From a virus (lineage: Duplodnaviria; Caudoviricetes), in IMG/VR virus record IMGVR_UViG_3300020043_003657, positions 1 through 38,000 of that record: 38,000 nucleotides of DNA. One strand, 5' to 3'. A program made the position numbers and the translations under genes. Of this stretch, positions 26,084 through 35,788 are shown in pieces. The notes beneath the pieces were generated by a model. The model saw only the letters and a list, made by a program, of their open reading frames with translations, made no database searches and was not told where the DNA came from. Numbering within the stretch: the first letter of the stretch is position 1; each line of letters opens with the position of its first letter.

Positions 26084-26422
26084 TTACGCTGCGGTTGAGC
26101 CTGTGATTGTCAGGCGGAAGGTTCCGGAGATGGTAGCAGGTTCATGTCGCTTAGTGTCATCACTTTGATTAAGGTTAGCGAATAGGATCTTGCTTCCGTC
26201 GTAGGAAGGAACTGCGACAACAATCACGGAGTCGTCAGCTTTAATTGCATTGGTGCACGAGACAATCTTTTGAAAGCCAAGTGTTGATGCGTCGATTGTT
26301 TCAGCGGTGTTACCCTGTCCGGTAAGCACAAGAGTCAACTGCTTTGTGGCAAGTTGAACTCCTGTACCTGGCTGTTTCCAGCCTCGGAGCACGGTGACAG
26401 CACTACTAAGTAGGTCTGCCAT
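26084..26422 (-). CDS. probable capsid decoration/cement protein
   Basis: 112-aa beta-rich ORF directly after the major capsid gene. Confidence 0.6.
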   Translation of the reverse strand: MADLLSSAVTVLRGWKQPGTGVQLATKQLTLVLTGQGNTAETIDASTLGFQKIVSCTNAIKADDSVIVVAVPSYDGSKILFANLNQSDDTKRHEPATISGTFRLTITGSTAA

Positions 26423-26427
26423 ATAGG

Positions 26428-27828
26428 TTAGATGGTGATTCCGGTGAGGTTTTTGATATACATGTGGTTCTCAGGGAAGTTAATTTCGTAACCACCTTCT
26501 GTGAGCCAGCTGTCTTTACGACCGTCAAAGTCGTTATCTTGACGTCCGGTAAGGAACTCTGTGTCAGAGTCCAGAAGAGGACGCCATTTGAAGCAAGGCA
26601 GGTCAACGATGTAGGCATCATTGCGGAACGTTGCGTCCTGAGTAAGCAGCGGATGGGATTTAAACACCAGCGTGCCGTAGATCGTCTCAAGGCGATACAT
26701 CTGAGTTTGGCCAAATGTGTCGGTCTTGGGGTTGAGATCGCGCAGGATGAGAGACTGGTTACGAGCGTACTGCTGAACAGCGCGCAGGAAACCACTGCCG
26801 CACACGCAAAGCTTCTCAAAGGAAGTTTCGGAGGTGTAGCGGAAGGCGTTCTCAAGGATAGACTCAAACTGATCCATCGTCACGGTGCCTTGGATGTCCA
26901 AGATGCGCTTGTCATCAGAGGCGTTCCAGGCAGAAGCCGAGATGTCAGCACCACCTGGGCGATAGTCAGCAATACCGGAGTTAGCGGTGTTGCCAACTTC
27001 CCATTGACGAAGGAAGTATTCGAGACCGCCAGTGAAGCGCTCAGGAACAGTGTCACCATCTTCATTGGTCGTGTTGCGGGTCAGGCGAGTTCCACGAAGA
27101 GTAGTCATTTCCATTGCCTTCATGTGGCGCAGGCCAACTTTCTTCATCTTGTCCTGCCACACGCCAGCGGAGTCATAACGAACACCTTGTTTCAGAGCTG
27201 AGCGGGTAATGTGAATACCATGCTTCAGGATCTGAGTGTAGTTGCTGATCTCAATTGGGAACGTGTAGTTGCTGGACTTAGACTTGGTGCCTTCAGCAGC
27301 GGCCTTCGAGGTGAAGTAAACCGTAATGCTGTTAGCGTCGGTGTCGTTAGACACAGATGTTACAGCTTCCAGTGCGCGGAACTTCAGCGTGTTGGCGTTA
27401 GCATCGACAGCGGTCACAACACCGCGGACGTTGAGCGAAGCAGAAGCTGCTCCGTTAGGAACATTGCGAATCCAGATCACGTCCTGGACAGCAAAGACAG
27501 AAGCGTCAGCAACAAACAGACCGTACTCGGTGTTTGCAGCAACGTTAAAGCCAGCGGCTGCCTGAGAAGTGGTCAAGGCTGCGTTTGTGAATGGACCAGC
27601 ACCACCAGAGCCAAGGCTGCCGGAAGTAACTGTGGTTGACTTGATCACAGTGTCGCGCTCTTCCCACCAACCGAATTCGGTTTTGTCAGTCTCTTCGTCA
27701 GGGAGGAGACTCAGGAAGTAGGTCAGCGGAGCTGGACCCTGTGGATATTGATAAAGAACACGACGACGTGTCTTTTCACTGATATAGCTCGCGTGGGAGC
27801 TGCTTGTATGAAGGCCGAAGACTGGCAT
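26428..27828 (-). CDS. major capsid protein (HK97 fold, SU10/DUF5309-like)
   Basis: FGWWEE, SNYTQI, RFTGGL, ETIYGTL, WLTEGG motifs; follows the scaffold gene; long A/C leader. Confidence 0.9.
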   Translation of the reverse strand: MPVFGLHTSSSHASYISEKTRRRVLYQYPQGPAPLTYFLSLLPDEETDKTEFGWWEERDTVIKSTTVTSGSLGSGGAGPFTNAALTTSQAAAGFNVAANTEYGLFVADASVFAVQDVIWIRNVPNGAASASLNVRGVVTAVDANANTLKFRALEAVTSVSNDTDANSITVYFTSKAAAEGTKSKSSNYTFPIEISNYTQILKHGIHITRSALKQGVRYDSAGVWQDKMKKVGLRHMKAMEMTTLRGTRLTRNTTNEDGDTVPERFTGGLEYFLRQWEVGNTANSGIADYRPGGADISASAWNASDDKRILDIQGTVTMDQFESILENAFRYTSETSFEKLCVCGSGFLRAVQQYARNQSLILRDLNPKTDTFGQTQMYRLETIYGTLVFKSHPLLTQDATFRNDAYIVDLPCFKWRPLLDSDTEFLTGRQDNDFDGRKDSWLTEGGYEINFPENHMYIKNLTGITI

Positions 27829-27863
27829 ATTTTATTGTTTTCTGTTTGTTTGTTTTTTGTTTC

Positions 27864-28691
27864 TTAACCAACTGGATAAACTGAATCCATCAGACCACGA
27901 GCGCCACTACGACCCTGTTGTCTTCCGGAGCTACGACCACCACCTCCAGAGCGTGGTGCCGCAAAACTCATTCCTTGCTTGCCTTTAAGGCTAAAATTTG
28001 GATCAATCTGGCGAATGATGTCCCTCGCCGTCCGACCAACTGTTCTTAACGCGTCGCTTGGACTAGCAGGATTGTAACCTTGCTGTTGCAGCACACGCAG
28101 TGCTTGTTTAACCACATGACCCTTCCCGCGCAACGCAGGAAATTTACGAGTCACACCGCCAACAAAGCTTTCTTCTCTTTGGCTCTGAATTGCCTCCTGC
28201 ACCGCAGCAAGCTTTGGATTGAGTTCCCCAACCCGACCGTCGATCGCAAGACCTGCAGCACGCAGCAAATAGTCCGCCTGCTGATTCATCAGAGCTTGCA
28301 TTGTTTCCAGCGCTTTCTCTGGCGCTATATCAGGATCACGCAAAGACTTAATCAAATCGACAGTGAACTGAGGTTTACCCAGTTGCTTTTCGATATCTTC
28401 CCGTGAAAGTTGTGGTTTCTGCTGTTCAAAAGCAGGTTTCAGACCGCGAGTAATCGCATCGGCTAACTGATTGTGATCGAAGACAGGAGTAGTAGACTTG
28501 CGAGAACCAGCAGCTTTACCACTCGGCTCATCATCATCGTCATCAAAATCGTCATCGTCGTCATCATCATCATCACCTTCAAGGTCTTTGATGTCAATGA
28601 TTTCGTCTCCGTCATCATCATAACCACCGCCATCGCCGTAATCACCAGCGGGTGCGCGTAGTCCAAAGTTAGCCCATTGTAGTCTTTTCAT
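27864..28691 (-). CDS. capsid scaffolding protein
   Basis: Poly-Asp N-terminus, helical core, basic Gly-rich C-terminus; directly upstream of the capsid gene. Confidence 0.75.
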   Translation of the reverse strand: MKRLQWANFGLRAPAGDYGDGGGYDDDGDEIIDIKDLEGDDDDDDDDDFDDDDDEPSGKAAGSRKSTTPVFDHNQLADAITRGLKPAFEQQKPQLSREDIEKQLGKPQFTVDLIKSLRDPDIAPEKALETMQALMNQQADYLLRAAGLAIDGRVGELNPKLAAVQEAIQSQREESFVGGVTRKFPALRGKGHVVKQALRVLQQQGYNPASPSDALRTVGRTARDIIRQIDPNFSLKGKQGMSFAAPRSGGGGRSSGRQQGRSGARGLMDSVYPVG

Positions 28692-29004
28692 CGTTTTGTC
28701 TTTCTTGTTTTGTTTGTATTTTAGCCTGGATCAACTCCTTTAGAACACCAAAAGAGTCCAGATTTTTCATGCGCTGAGCTATCATACCCAGCATTTGCTC
28801 TCGAGCAAAAAAGCTTTTCACATCCTCAGGAAGCATCGTCGTCGCCACATTGGTCAGGCTCAAAACTTCTTCCTCTTCATTCTCTGACCACACCCTATAC
28901 AGGGAGCTGCGGCGGAATTGATCCACCTCCAGGGATAGGTTGTGGAGGGCCTCCAAGCTCAGCTTGTCCAGGCAGTCCTCCGATATTGTTAATAGGTTGT
29001 TCAT
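28669..29004 (-). CDS. small portal-adjacent head protein
   Basis: 111-aa helical ORF between portal and scaffold genes; overlaps the portal 3' end. Confidence 0.7.
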   Translation of the reverse strand: MNNLLTISEDCLDKLSLEALHNLSLEVDQFRRSSLYRVWSENEEEEVLSLTNVATTMLPEDVKSFFAREQMLGMIAQRMKNLDSFGVLKELIQAKIQTKQERQNDEKTTMG

Positions 29005-30790
29005 CGCGTTTAAATTGATCTAAGTTTTTAACTCCCCTAAGCTCCTGAATCCTCATAATCATCTTCACCACATCCAAGTTCGTAGCCGCCAGCATCTCAG
29101 GATTACCCATCAAAGCAATCACCAGCTCCTGAAGACTCTGAGCAAGGAACCCTTTCTCGCTCTGACTCGTAGCGTCAAACACAAAAAAGTCTTCATTACC
29201 CACAAGCTCCCACCAGTTATCCTTATGGAACTTCTCCCAAGCCTCCAACGTCTCATCACTCTCCTCGCCCACAATCTTATGGAACGTCTCTTCACTCATC
29301 CACTGCCTTGCATTGTTAAGAATCACTCGACCCATAGGCCCAAGCGCCATCTCCCAAATATTAGACCCGATCAGCTTCAACCGACTCCCACCACCAGCTG
29401 CCACGTTCCTAGCCTCCGTAGCGCTTCTCCTTCCACTAGCAAAATTCCCCATTGCATTCTCCGTCACCCCACTCACCGTCTGCATCACTCGCATCAACTC
29501 CTGTGCATCCTGCACATGCGTCACAGTCGGATCAGTCGTCCTTAACTGCTGAATGAAGTTCTGCACACCACCCATAGCCGGAGCACTCTTCTTCAACCGA
29601 ATGAACGGACTCCGCGTCATCAAATCTTCCACCTCAATGAACTGAGGATGAACCACCAGCTGCTTCTCAATGTTGTTCTTAACAGCCTCAATCCTCGAGT
29701 TCATCAACCACGTCACAGTATCCTGCAACTTGTCAATCACACCACTTAAGCTATCGCAAGGTCGCGCATGCAAATCAGAACTGAGCATCCCAGCAAAATA
29801 TGTAAAACGCATATTCGCATCTTCCATCTTCTCCGCCCTCACAATCCTCTTATCATTCGCTAGCTCAAGCACCCACAGCTCCTCCTCATCACTCTCGCTC
29901 AGCTTATACTCACTTGGCACCAGCTTCCGCTGCACAGTGGTCACAGCCACCATAAAGTTATCCTCACTCTTACCAGTATCCTTCGACGGATCAAAGCCTT
30001 CCAGCCTTGTCTCACCTCGCTCCTCATACTCCCGAGTTGACATCCGCTCCACATGCTCAGCACCAAACACACCATTCCGGCGCTTCAGCTCCCTCACATG
30101 CATCACAGTCTCATCTGCCACAAACTCTCCCTCTTCCCACCGCATCAACGGCAGCCTCGTATCAGGATACCAGTTATACGGACTAACATTATACACCTTC
30201 GTCCCCTCACACACCGTCACTTCAATCTCTTGGTTAACTGGGTTAACCGACAGCTCATCAGCCATGGAGGTTGGTGAGAAGAACGAGATGATGGAAGCAG
30301 ACTCGGGAGAGGCTTCGACTTTGATCGTGCGGTATTCCCAGGAGGTTTTGAAGACTCCAAGGGAGAAGCGTGCAACGTCTAGGTTGAAAGCGTAGATTTT
30401 GGAGTAAAGGCGGTTAGTGCGAACCTCGCGCTCAAGGATTGCTTCGTTGGTTTCTTTCAGGTCGTAGTCTTCAGAGCCAGAGGCTTCGACTTCAAAGAGC
30501 GTTGGATTCTGGGCGAAGAGAGAAGTGATGAAGGTTGCAAAGGTGTTGACCTGAGCGTAGGAAAGTGGGATGATCTGCTTGGCTGGCTCGCGCTTTTTCT
30601 TTGCACGAACGTCCTTGGCATCTTCGTCAGATTGCTGTTGGTAGATTTCAAGAGCATGATCCCAGTCGGCGTAGAATCTACCCATGTATGTGCGACTGCG
30701 TTTGAGATCGCGCACGCATTCTTGAAGGAGAGATTGGAGATCCTCGTCTTGTTCCTCTTGGGAGAGACGATCGGTTAGGTCTTTAGTCAT
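28895..30790 (-). CDS. portal protein
   Basis: 631 aa after TerL; VSPYNWYPD, VSGVTENAMG...RRSATE podoviral portal motifs. Confidence 0.9.
   Translation of the reverse strand: MTKDLTDRLSQEEQDEDLQSLLQECVRDLKRSRTYMGRFYADWDHALEIYQQQSDEDAKDVRAKKKREPAKQIIPLSYAQVNTFATFITSLFAQNPTLFEVEASGSEDYDLKETNEAILEREVRTNRLYSKIYAFNLDVARFSLGVFKTSWEYRTIKVEASPESASIISFFSPTSMADELSVNPVNQEIEVTVCEGTKVYNVSPYNWYPDTRLPLMRWEEGEFVADETVMHVRELKRRNGVFGAEHVERMSTREYEERGETRLEGFDPSKDTGKSEDNFMVAVTTVQRKLVPSEYKLSESDEEELWVLELANDKRIVRAEKMEDANMRFTYFAGMLSSDLHARPCDSLSGVIDKLQDTVTWLMNSRIEAVKNNIEKQLVVHPQFIEVEDLMTRSPFIRLKKSAPAMGGVQNFIQQLRTTDPTVTHVQDAQELMRVMQTVSGVTENAMGNFASGRRSATEARNVAAGGGSRLKLIGSNIWEMALGPMGRVILNNARQWMSEETFHKIVGEESDETLEAWEKFHKDNWWELVGNEDFFVFDATSQSEKGFLAQSLQELVIALMGNPEMLAATNLDVVKMIMRIQELRGVKNLDQFKRDEQPINNIGGLPGQAELGGPPQPIPGGGSIPPQLPV
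30232..30248. repeat. palindromic site 8 (GGTTAA-CTGGG-TTAACC, perfect arms)
   Basis: Inside the portal gene at a very sharp skew switch. Confidence 0.85.
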
Positions 30791-30791
30791 G

Positions 30792-31169
30792 TTAAAGGAT
30801 GCCTAGTTTGTTCAGAAGTGCTTGAACTAAAGCCATTTGTTCTTCTTGGGATTTAGCTTTTTTGGCTCCTGATTGATCGTAAATAAAGCTTGCTTCTTTT
30901 GCAGCCTGCTCTGATGGGATGATTGGAGCAATGGGTGTTTCTCCAGATCCACGCCGCATATTGTTAACAAAGTTATCATCTTCGCCAAATACATATGCTG
31001 AACGAGCAGGAGCTAATCCCATCATGCGGTTAATGGCAAGTAAAATGTCTGCTTGAGATGCTTGTCCTTCTCTAGCTTCCTTTCGGACAGGCATAGGGGA
31101 CATAACATTTTTTCCAAGATCTACGCCTTCGTATCTAGGGCTGTTAAGTTGATAAAATTGAGGTTCCAT
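30792..31169 (-). CDS. hypothetical protein
   Basis: Probable start MEPQFY at 31169, just after the TerL stop. Confidence 0.7.
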   Translation of the reverse strand: MEPQFYQLNSPRYEGVDLGKNVMSPMPVRKEAREGQASQADILLAINRMMGLAPARSAYVFGEDDNFVNNMRRGSGETPIAPIIPSEQAAKEASFIYDQSGAKKAKSQEEQMALVQALLNKLGIL

Positions 31170-31173
31170 ATTG

Positions 31174-32712
31174 TTATGCTGCTTCTTTTTCAAACCAAGC
31201 CTTGCCTTGCTTCGGCACATCCAGCTTGCCAGTGTATTCGTATTCGGAGAAACTCCACGAGTCGGACTTCTCAGGGCTGACGTAAGTCAAGCCAGAAAGG
31301 ACAAGGCGGTAGAGGTTTTCCATCATGTGGTCGTTTTTGTCTCGTGGTTTGTTCTCTTTTGCTGGATCCCAGATGTAAGAGTCAAACTCGTAAAGGGTCT
31401 CTTGAAGATTAGTGCAGAAGTGTAAAGAGGAGGTTGGATCAGTCTTTGCCAGCGCATTCTGAACAGCTTGAATACCATGTGTCAGCTCTTTGGATGCGGG
31501 CACCACAGGGACCCCCCTTTGGTAGAACGAGTCAGCCCAACACGCCCCAGTGATTGGGTCTTGGTTGAACGCAGATCGATCTATCATAATCACCTGTGGC
31601 ACCCGCCCTTTCAGCATGGAGATCACGACATCAACAAGATCGTCCATCATCACATGCTGAAAATATTCCCGATAAAAGAAAGTTTGTCCAGTAGGCGCAG
31701 TCGCAGCAAACAAAACAGCATGAGGTGTTTTTGGATGCGGATCAATCGCGACGCGAATTGTATAATCTTCTGGCGGTTCATCGAAGTCTTTCCACCCTTT
31801 TGGCAGCTCATGATAAACATGTCTGAGTGTGTCAAACTGAGGATACACAACACCCTGCATTGTCTTCGGCCTACCGTTGATACGAGCCTCACGTTCTTCA
31901 GGTGTCAACTGATCTGCAAAGCGCTGAATAGCTTCCTTGCTCAACGTAGAGTTATCATGGCTAGTGCCAGTGAGGATCCACTTCTTGCCTGGAAACTCAT
32001 AGCCATCAGGAAACTCTTCGCGAAGTCTCGTGCGGGGAACAAAGAGTTCATTGATCCACTGCTCTGCAATAGGAGTGCAAGTGAACCAAGCTGAGCCATC
32101 ATTGTCAATCAATCCACGAGAGTTAGCAATCCACATCGCTTTTGGACAAGGCTCATCAATATGAATCCAATCCCAGTGACCAGACTCCTGACCCATCGGG
32201 TTAGCCTTAAACGACTTCACCGTATCAATGTAAATGTAAGAAATCCCACCCCAGATACTCTTGACTTGCACACAATCAATTTCACCAGCCTGATTCTTGT
32301 GAATGCCATGAAAGCTAGACTTAGGCAAGAATTTAAATATCTTCCCCATGGCCTCACCAGGTTCCTGGCTCGTGTAAATTTCCCTCGCCTTGTCCCAGTC
32401 AGCCACAATAATCAAACCTTTTGTACTCCGCTTGGGCAAACCTTCATACCGCAACGGATCATCCTTCGATACCCACGGACGCTCGCCAATCGCCCACGAG
32501 CAATCTTCAGCTGTGCCACACGTTGACTTACCAAACCGATTTCCTGTGCGAAGGTAACGAAGCTTTGCCCAGTGAGCCGCGTGAAAGCTCTCCTGTTTGG
32601 AGTGTGGAACATAAAACGCCAGTCCATTCTCACGCTTGAGCGCAGCCGCCTTCCGCAGCTTCACTAGCTCTTGCATTTTTGGATCTCTCGCTGGCGTCAT
32701 AGAAAGGGTCAA
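31174..32712 (-). CDS. terL: terminase large subunit
   Basis: GNRFGKST Walker A, WIHIDE Walker B, TCTP, RNase H-like AIDPH and NDH motifs. Confidence 0.95.
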   Translation of the reverse strand: MTLSMTPARDPKMQELVKLRKAAALKRENGLAFYVPHSKQESFHAAHWAKLRYLRTGNRFGKSTCGTAEDCSWAIGERPWVSKDDPLRYEGLPKRSTKGLIIVADWDKAREIYTSQEPGEAMGKIFKFLPKSSFHGIHKNQAGEIDCVQVKSIWGGISYIYIDTVKSFKANPMGQESGHWDWIHIDEPCPKAMWIANSRGLIDNDGSAWFTCTPIAEQWINELFVPRTRLREEFPDGYEFPGKKWILTGTSHDNSTLSKEAIQRFADQLTPEEREARINGRPKTMQGVVYPQFDTLRHVYHELPKGWKDFDEPPEDYTIRVAIDPHPKTPHAVLFAATAPTGQTFFYREYFQHVMMDDLVDVVISMLKGRVPQVIMIDRSAFNQDPITGACWADSFYQRGVPVVPASKELTHGIQAVQNALAKTDPTSSLHFCTNLQETLYEFDSYIWDPAKENKPRDKNDHMMENLYRLVLSGLTYVSPEKSDSWSFSEYEYTGKLDVPKQGKAWFEKEAA

Positions 32713-33191
32713 ATCAACTTGTTCACATCATAATTAACAGTAGGCATCTTAGCGCGAAGTTCTGCAAGCGTCTTGCCAAACGTCACCTGGAAGTGTGGGG
32801 TCTCTTGAAAGCTCTTCCAATTACCTGCCCACTCAATCCCATGCTTAGCTGCAACCTTGCCGATTTGCCGATAAAAGACGTCAGCCACAGCTGGCTTAGC
32901 TTCGTCTAGATAAGAACCATTTCCAGCTTGAAACAATCCAAGGTCAATAGCCAAGCCGTAGTTGTGCCAGCTAGACCCAGGCCTTGCTTTAGTAACAATC
33001 TTTCCAGGCTTAGTGCGACCACTTGCATACAGTGCAGCCTGAGCTGCCCACGACCGCAAGCCAGAAATCACCTCAACCTTAACACCCTGCTTTACCATAA
33101 GCGCCTCAACCTCAGTAAGGAAAGGCTCAAACTTTGCCAGTGCCTTCTTATTAAGTGACCCTAAGTTTTCAACAGTGCGTTTAGTTCTCAT
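32709..33191 (-). CDS. endolysin, M15 L-Ala-D-Glu peptidase
   Basis: SGLRS...Q..LY..GRT, SWHNYGLAID, WAGNW...ETPHFQ. Confidence 0.93.
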   Translation of the reverse strand: MRTKRTVENLGSLNKKALAKFEPFLTEVEALMVKQGVKVEVISGLRSWAAQAALYASGRTKPGKIVTKARPGSSWHNYGLAIDLGLFQAGNGSYLDEAKPAVADVFYRQIGKVAAKHGIEWAGNWKSFQETPHFQVTFGKTLAELRAKMPTVNYDVNKLI

Positions 33192-33313
33192 AGCATCTTT
33201 CTTTTCTCTTGTTCTGCTGCACGATCACAAGCTATAAACAATGCGATTAAGCTAAAAGCTCCCACCGATATTAAAGCAAAGATAACGCCTAAAATAATAG
33301 CAAGAATACTCAT
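33188..33313 (-). CDS. small single-pass membrane protein (41 aa)
   Basis: MSILAIILGVIFALISVGAFSLIALFIACDRAAEQEKRKML; ATGA overlap with the endolysin gene. Confidence 0.7.
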   Translation of the reverse strand: MSILAIILGVIFALISVGAFSLIALFIACDRAAEQEKRKML

Positions 33314-33320
33314 AGGAGAT

Positions 33321-33385
33321 TGGAGCTAGGGCAGGACTTGCACCCGACTGTAGGCTACGATTTAGAAGGTCGCTCCTTTCCTAGC
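33321..33385 (-). tRNA. D-armless tRNA-Arg(UCU)-like RNA, 65 nt
   Basis: GCTAGG/CCTAGC-T-CCA acceptor; GCGAC-CTTCTAA-ATCGT anticodon arm; CGGG-TGCAAGT-CCTG T arm; D arm replaced by AAAGGA. Confidence 0.6.
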
Positions 33386-33392
33386 GTTGAAA

Positions 33393-33569
33393 TTACAGAC
33401 CAGTTTTATCGCCATCCTTAGCTGCAATAAGGCCAAGGCTAACAGCAAGTGCTGTCACCTGATGTGCAATCGGTGCGTATTGTGGGAACATTACAGGCAC
33501 CACAACGGATGCAACGCCAAAGAATCCAGCCAGACTTGTTTTCCAGTTTTTGAAGATGTTTTTTTTCAT
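33393..33569 (-). CDS. holin-like protein (58 aa)
   Basis: MKKNIFKNWKTSLAG...GLIAAKD; two hydrophobic segments; close to the endolysin gene. Confidence 0.75.
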   Translation of the reverse strand: MKKNIFKNWKTSLAGFFGVASVVVPVMFPQYAPIAHQVTALAVSLGLIAAKDGDKTGL

Positions 33570-33570
33570 A

Positions 33571-33738
33571 TTACTTGCGTAGGTTTTTGATTGCTGAAAT
33601 GCAGCCTAATACACCAGCCAAAGTTCCGACTGCCAAAGAACTCAGCTTTAACCATACCTCAATCTCAGCCAGACTCGCTACTGTGCTCATAAAAGCAAGC
33701 AGTGATCCGACAAAAGGCGTGATGTGGCTATCGTTCAT
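33571..33738 (-). CDS. holin-like membrane protein (55 aa)
   Basis: MNDSHITPFVGSLLAF...GCISAIKNLRK; two hydrophobic segments and a basic tail. Confidence 0.65.
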   Translation of the reverse strand: MNDSHITPFVGSLLAFMSTVASLAEIEVWLKLSSLAVGTLAGVLGCISAIKNLRK

Positions 33739-33739
33739 A

Positions 33740-34147
33740 CTAATTAGAGTCTAGATGTTGAGCCAGTGCAAAAACTTCATCAATCTCAGATTCAGTCTTG
33801 CCAATAGCAGCAGCCACCAAGGCAACCTTCGGATGATTTCTTGCCACAGTGAGCGCATACTCTAAATCGTTTTGCACGCTGAACCGTTCGTTAAGATCTT
33901 CAATGCTGGCAACAAAGGCATTGATTTGAAGCACTAATTCACGTCCACAAGCCTCGCGAAAGCTTCGCATGGAAACGATTATAGATTTTGTTTTTTCGGC
34001 ACTCCAAAGCTCTTGCGCTTCTTCTCTAGAAGCATCTAGTTCCTCTTGTGTAGGCATTGGCAGGCCATCATCAAACGTCACAATGTCGTCCACCATGACG
34101 AAGGGACGATTGGGCCAGATAAGTCTCAGGTGATCGGAAAGCGTCAT
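33740..34147 (-). CDS. probable tail fibre assembly chaperone (XkdW-like)
   Basis: PMPTQEEL motif; directly follows the fibre gene. Confidence 0.6.
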   Translation of the reverse strand: MTLSDHLRLIWPNRPFVMVDDIVTFDDGLPMPTQEELDASREEAQELWSAEKTKSIIVSMRSFREACGRELVLQINAFVASIEDLNERFSVQNDLEYALTVARNHPKVALVAAAIGKTESEIDEVFALAQHLDSN

Positions 34148-34150
34148 GGT

Positions 34151-35464
34151 TTAAATTCGGAATAGTTGAAGGGTTGCGCCAGCGGAAACCGTGACGGAGT
34201 TTGCTCCTCCAGTTTCAGCCGCAAAACGAATGGCAAACGTTCCTGTGGCAGTAGCCACAAATCGGCCTGAAATCGTCCACCTTGAAATGAGAGGCAAGGT
34301 TGGGCTAATTGTTGCAGTGACTTTTGTATCGTAAGCTGTAACTGCGCCGTTTGTTAAACTGCCTGCTGCGTTTGTAGCAATACTTATTTGTCCGTTAATT
34401 GACGATGCCGTTGGCCCATTGATAGCCATTGACATTCCCTCACCTGAAACACTTCCGCCATATAAACCTGTCGCGAAGAATCCGTAAGTGCCAGTTGCCC
34501 CTACTGTTGCCGTCAACAAATCGGCCAACGTAGTCGATGAGCTTGTGGAGTCTGAAGATGTGGCATTATAAACAGCGGAAGATCCGCCAGCAGCCCACTT
34601 CACGCCGCTGGCTTCTGCGCTGTCCACCGTCAAGACATGACCGTTAGTGCCTCCCACAGCCACGCGGATGTTGTCAGCGCCGTTGTGGACGATGAGGTCG
34701 CCTTTGGTCGTCGTTGGTGCCAGCGCATCAAAGGCTGCGGTTTTAGCCGTTTGGCCTGTGCCGCCGTTGGCGATGGCGGTGGTGGGTAGCGCCGAGTAAA
34801 TCAAGTCGCCTGATGTTGCAACCCCTGTGACGAATTGCCCCGGACTACCTGAACTGGAGTAAACTCCGCCCAAGTTTGTCGTTAAGGGGCCGGGGATGGT
34901 AGCGGCGTTAATGTTTGTTAACTGACTTCCATCTGCTTCAGCCAACCTCGATATAGCATCAGCACCAGCGGTAGAAATTGAAAAACTAAAATCAGTCGGG
35001 AGTGAGCTACCGTTACCTGGAGCCGCTCCAGCCGTAAGATTAGTTACCGTAAAACTCCCACTATACGAAGGAATCGCAGAAAACGCCGCCGACTGAGAAG
35101 AGAGCGCTATAATGAAAGCCGCTTCCACGTCAGTTGGGCTAGATCCATCACTAACAGCTACGACCTGCAACCTCCCGGGAGATGGTGCTGATGGAGCAGA
35201 CCCACCTCCATCCACTGTGAACCAAAAGCGACAAACTTCAGTGCCGTCGTCAATATCGACATACTCACCAGCCCAGCTATTTGTTGCTGAATTCTGCACC
35301 GACACCACAACAACCTGCGCTACAGCGGCTATGATTTCACTAACCCCAAGAGCGACTCTGGCTGCTGGTGCTGTCGTGCTACCAGTCCCACCATTCGCCA
35401 CACTAACTGGCAAATCAACTCCACTACCGCCACCACCACTTCCAGGAGTATCAAGAATAATCAT
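34151..35464 (-). CDS. tail fibre / receptor-binding protein
   Basis: Two ANGGTG repeats, TTKGDLI...GTNGHVLT...GVKW module, Gly/Ser/Thr/Ala-rich, beta-sandwich-like C-terminus. Confidence 0.85.
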   Translation of the reverse strand: MIILDTPGSGGGGSGVDLPVSVANGGTGSTTAPAARVALGVSEIIAAVAQVVVVSVQNSATNSWAGEYVDIDDGTEVCRFWFTVDGGGSAPSAPSPGRLQVVAVSDGSSPTDVEAAFIIALSSQSAAFSAIPSYSGSFTVTNLTAGAAPGNGSSLPTDFSFSISTAGADAISRLAEADGSQLTNINAATIPGPLTTNLGGVYSSSGSPGQFVTGVATSGDLIYSALPTTAIANGGTGQTAKTAAFDALAPTTTKGDLIVHNGADNIRVAVGGTNGHVLTVDSAEASGVKWAAGGSSAVYNATSSDSTSSSTTLADLLTATVGATGTYGFFATGLYGGSVSGEGMSMAINGPTASSINGQISIATNAAGSLTNGAVTAYDTKVTATISPTLPLISRWTISGRFVATATGTFAIRFAAETGGANSVTVSAGATLQLFRI

Positions 35465-35467
35465 AAG

Positions 35468-35758
35468 TTACCACCTCCCACAGTTGATGTTTACAGCTCC
35501 ACCTGAGTTCTGCCAAACAAACCATTCAGCATTCACCAGAAAGCTATCACCACCTGAGTTCTGCACCACCAAACTCGCAGGAGCCGTCGCACCACCGGCC
35601 GGAGGCAGGTAAAACTCAGCCGCATCAGCAGCCGCGCCACACCTCATCCTCAATCCAGTCGTCGTATTAAAGTTTTGAAACCACACAGCGTGGCAGAACA
35701 CAGCCTCAACCTTCTCCAGCACCTTTGTGCTTGCATTATTTGGAACAGCTACAGTCAT
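35468..35758 (-). CDS. small hypothetical virion protein
   Basis: 96-aa ORF directly upstream of the fibre gene. Confidence 0.75.
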   Translation of the reverse strand: MTVAVPNNASTKVLEKVEAVFCHAVWFQNFNTTTGLRMRCGAAADAAEFYLPPAGGATAPASLVVQNSGGDSFLVNAEWFVWQNSGGAVNINCGRW

Positions 35759-35771
35759 AAATTTCTTTGTG

Positions 35772-35788
35772 GTTTAAGTTAATTAGCC
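35772..35788. repeat. palindromic site 9 (GTTTAA-GTTAA-TTAGCC)
   Basis: Overlaps the TerS stop codon at a sharp skew switch. Confidence 0.7.

Noticed and set aside
28527-28580. (TCA/TCG)n trinucleotide repeat
   Set aside because: It simply encodes the poly-Asp tract of the scaffold protein.
33355-33373. Amber suppressor (CUA) anticodon
   Set aside because: The GCGA/TCGT stem centres the loop on TCT; the CTA register does not pair.
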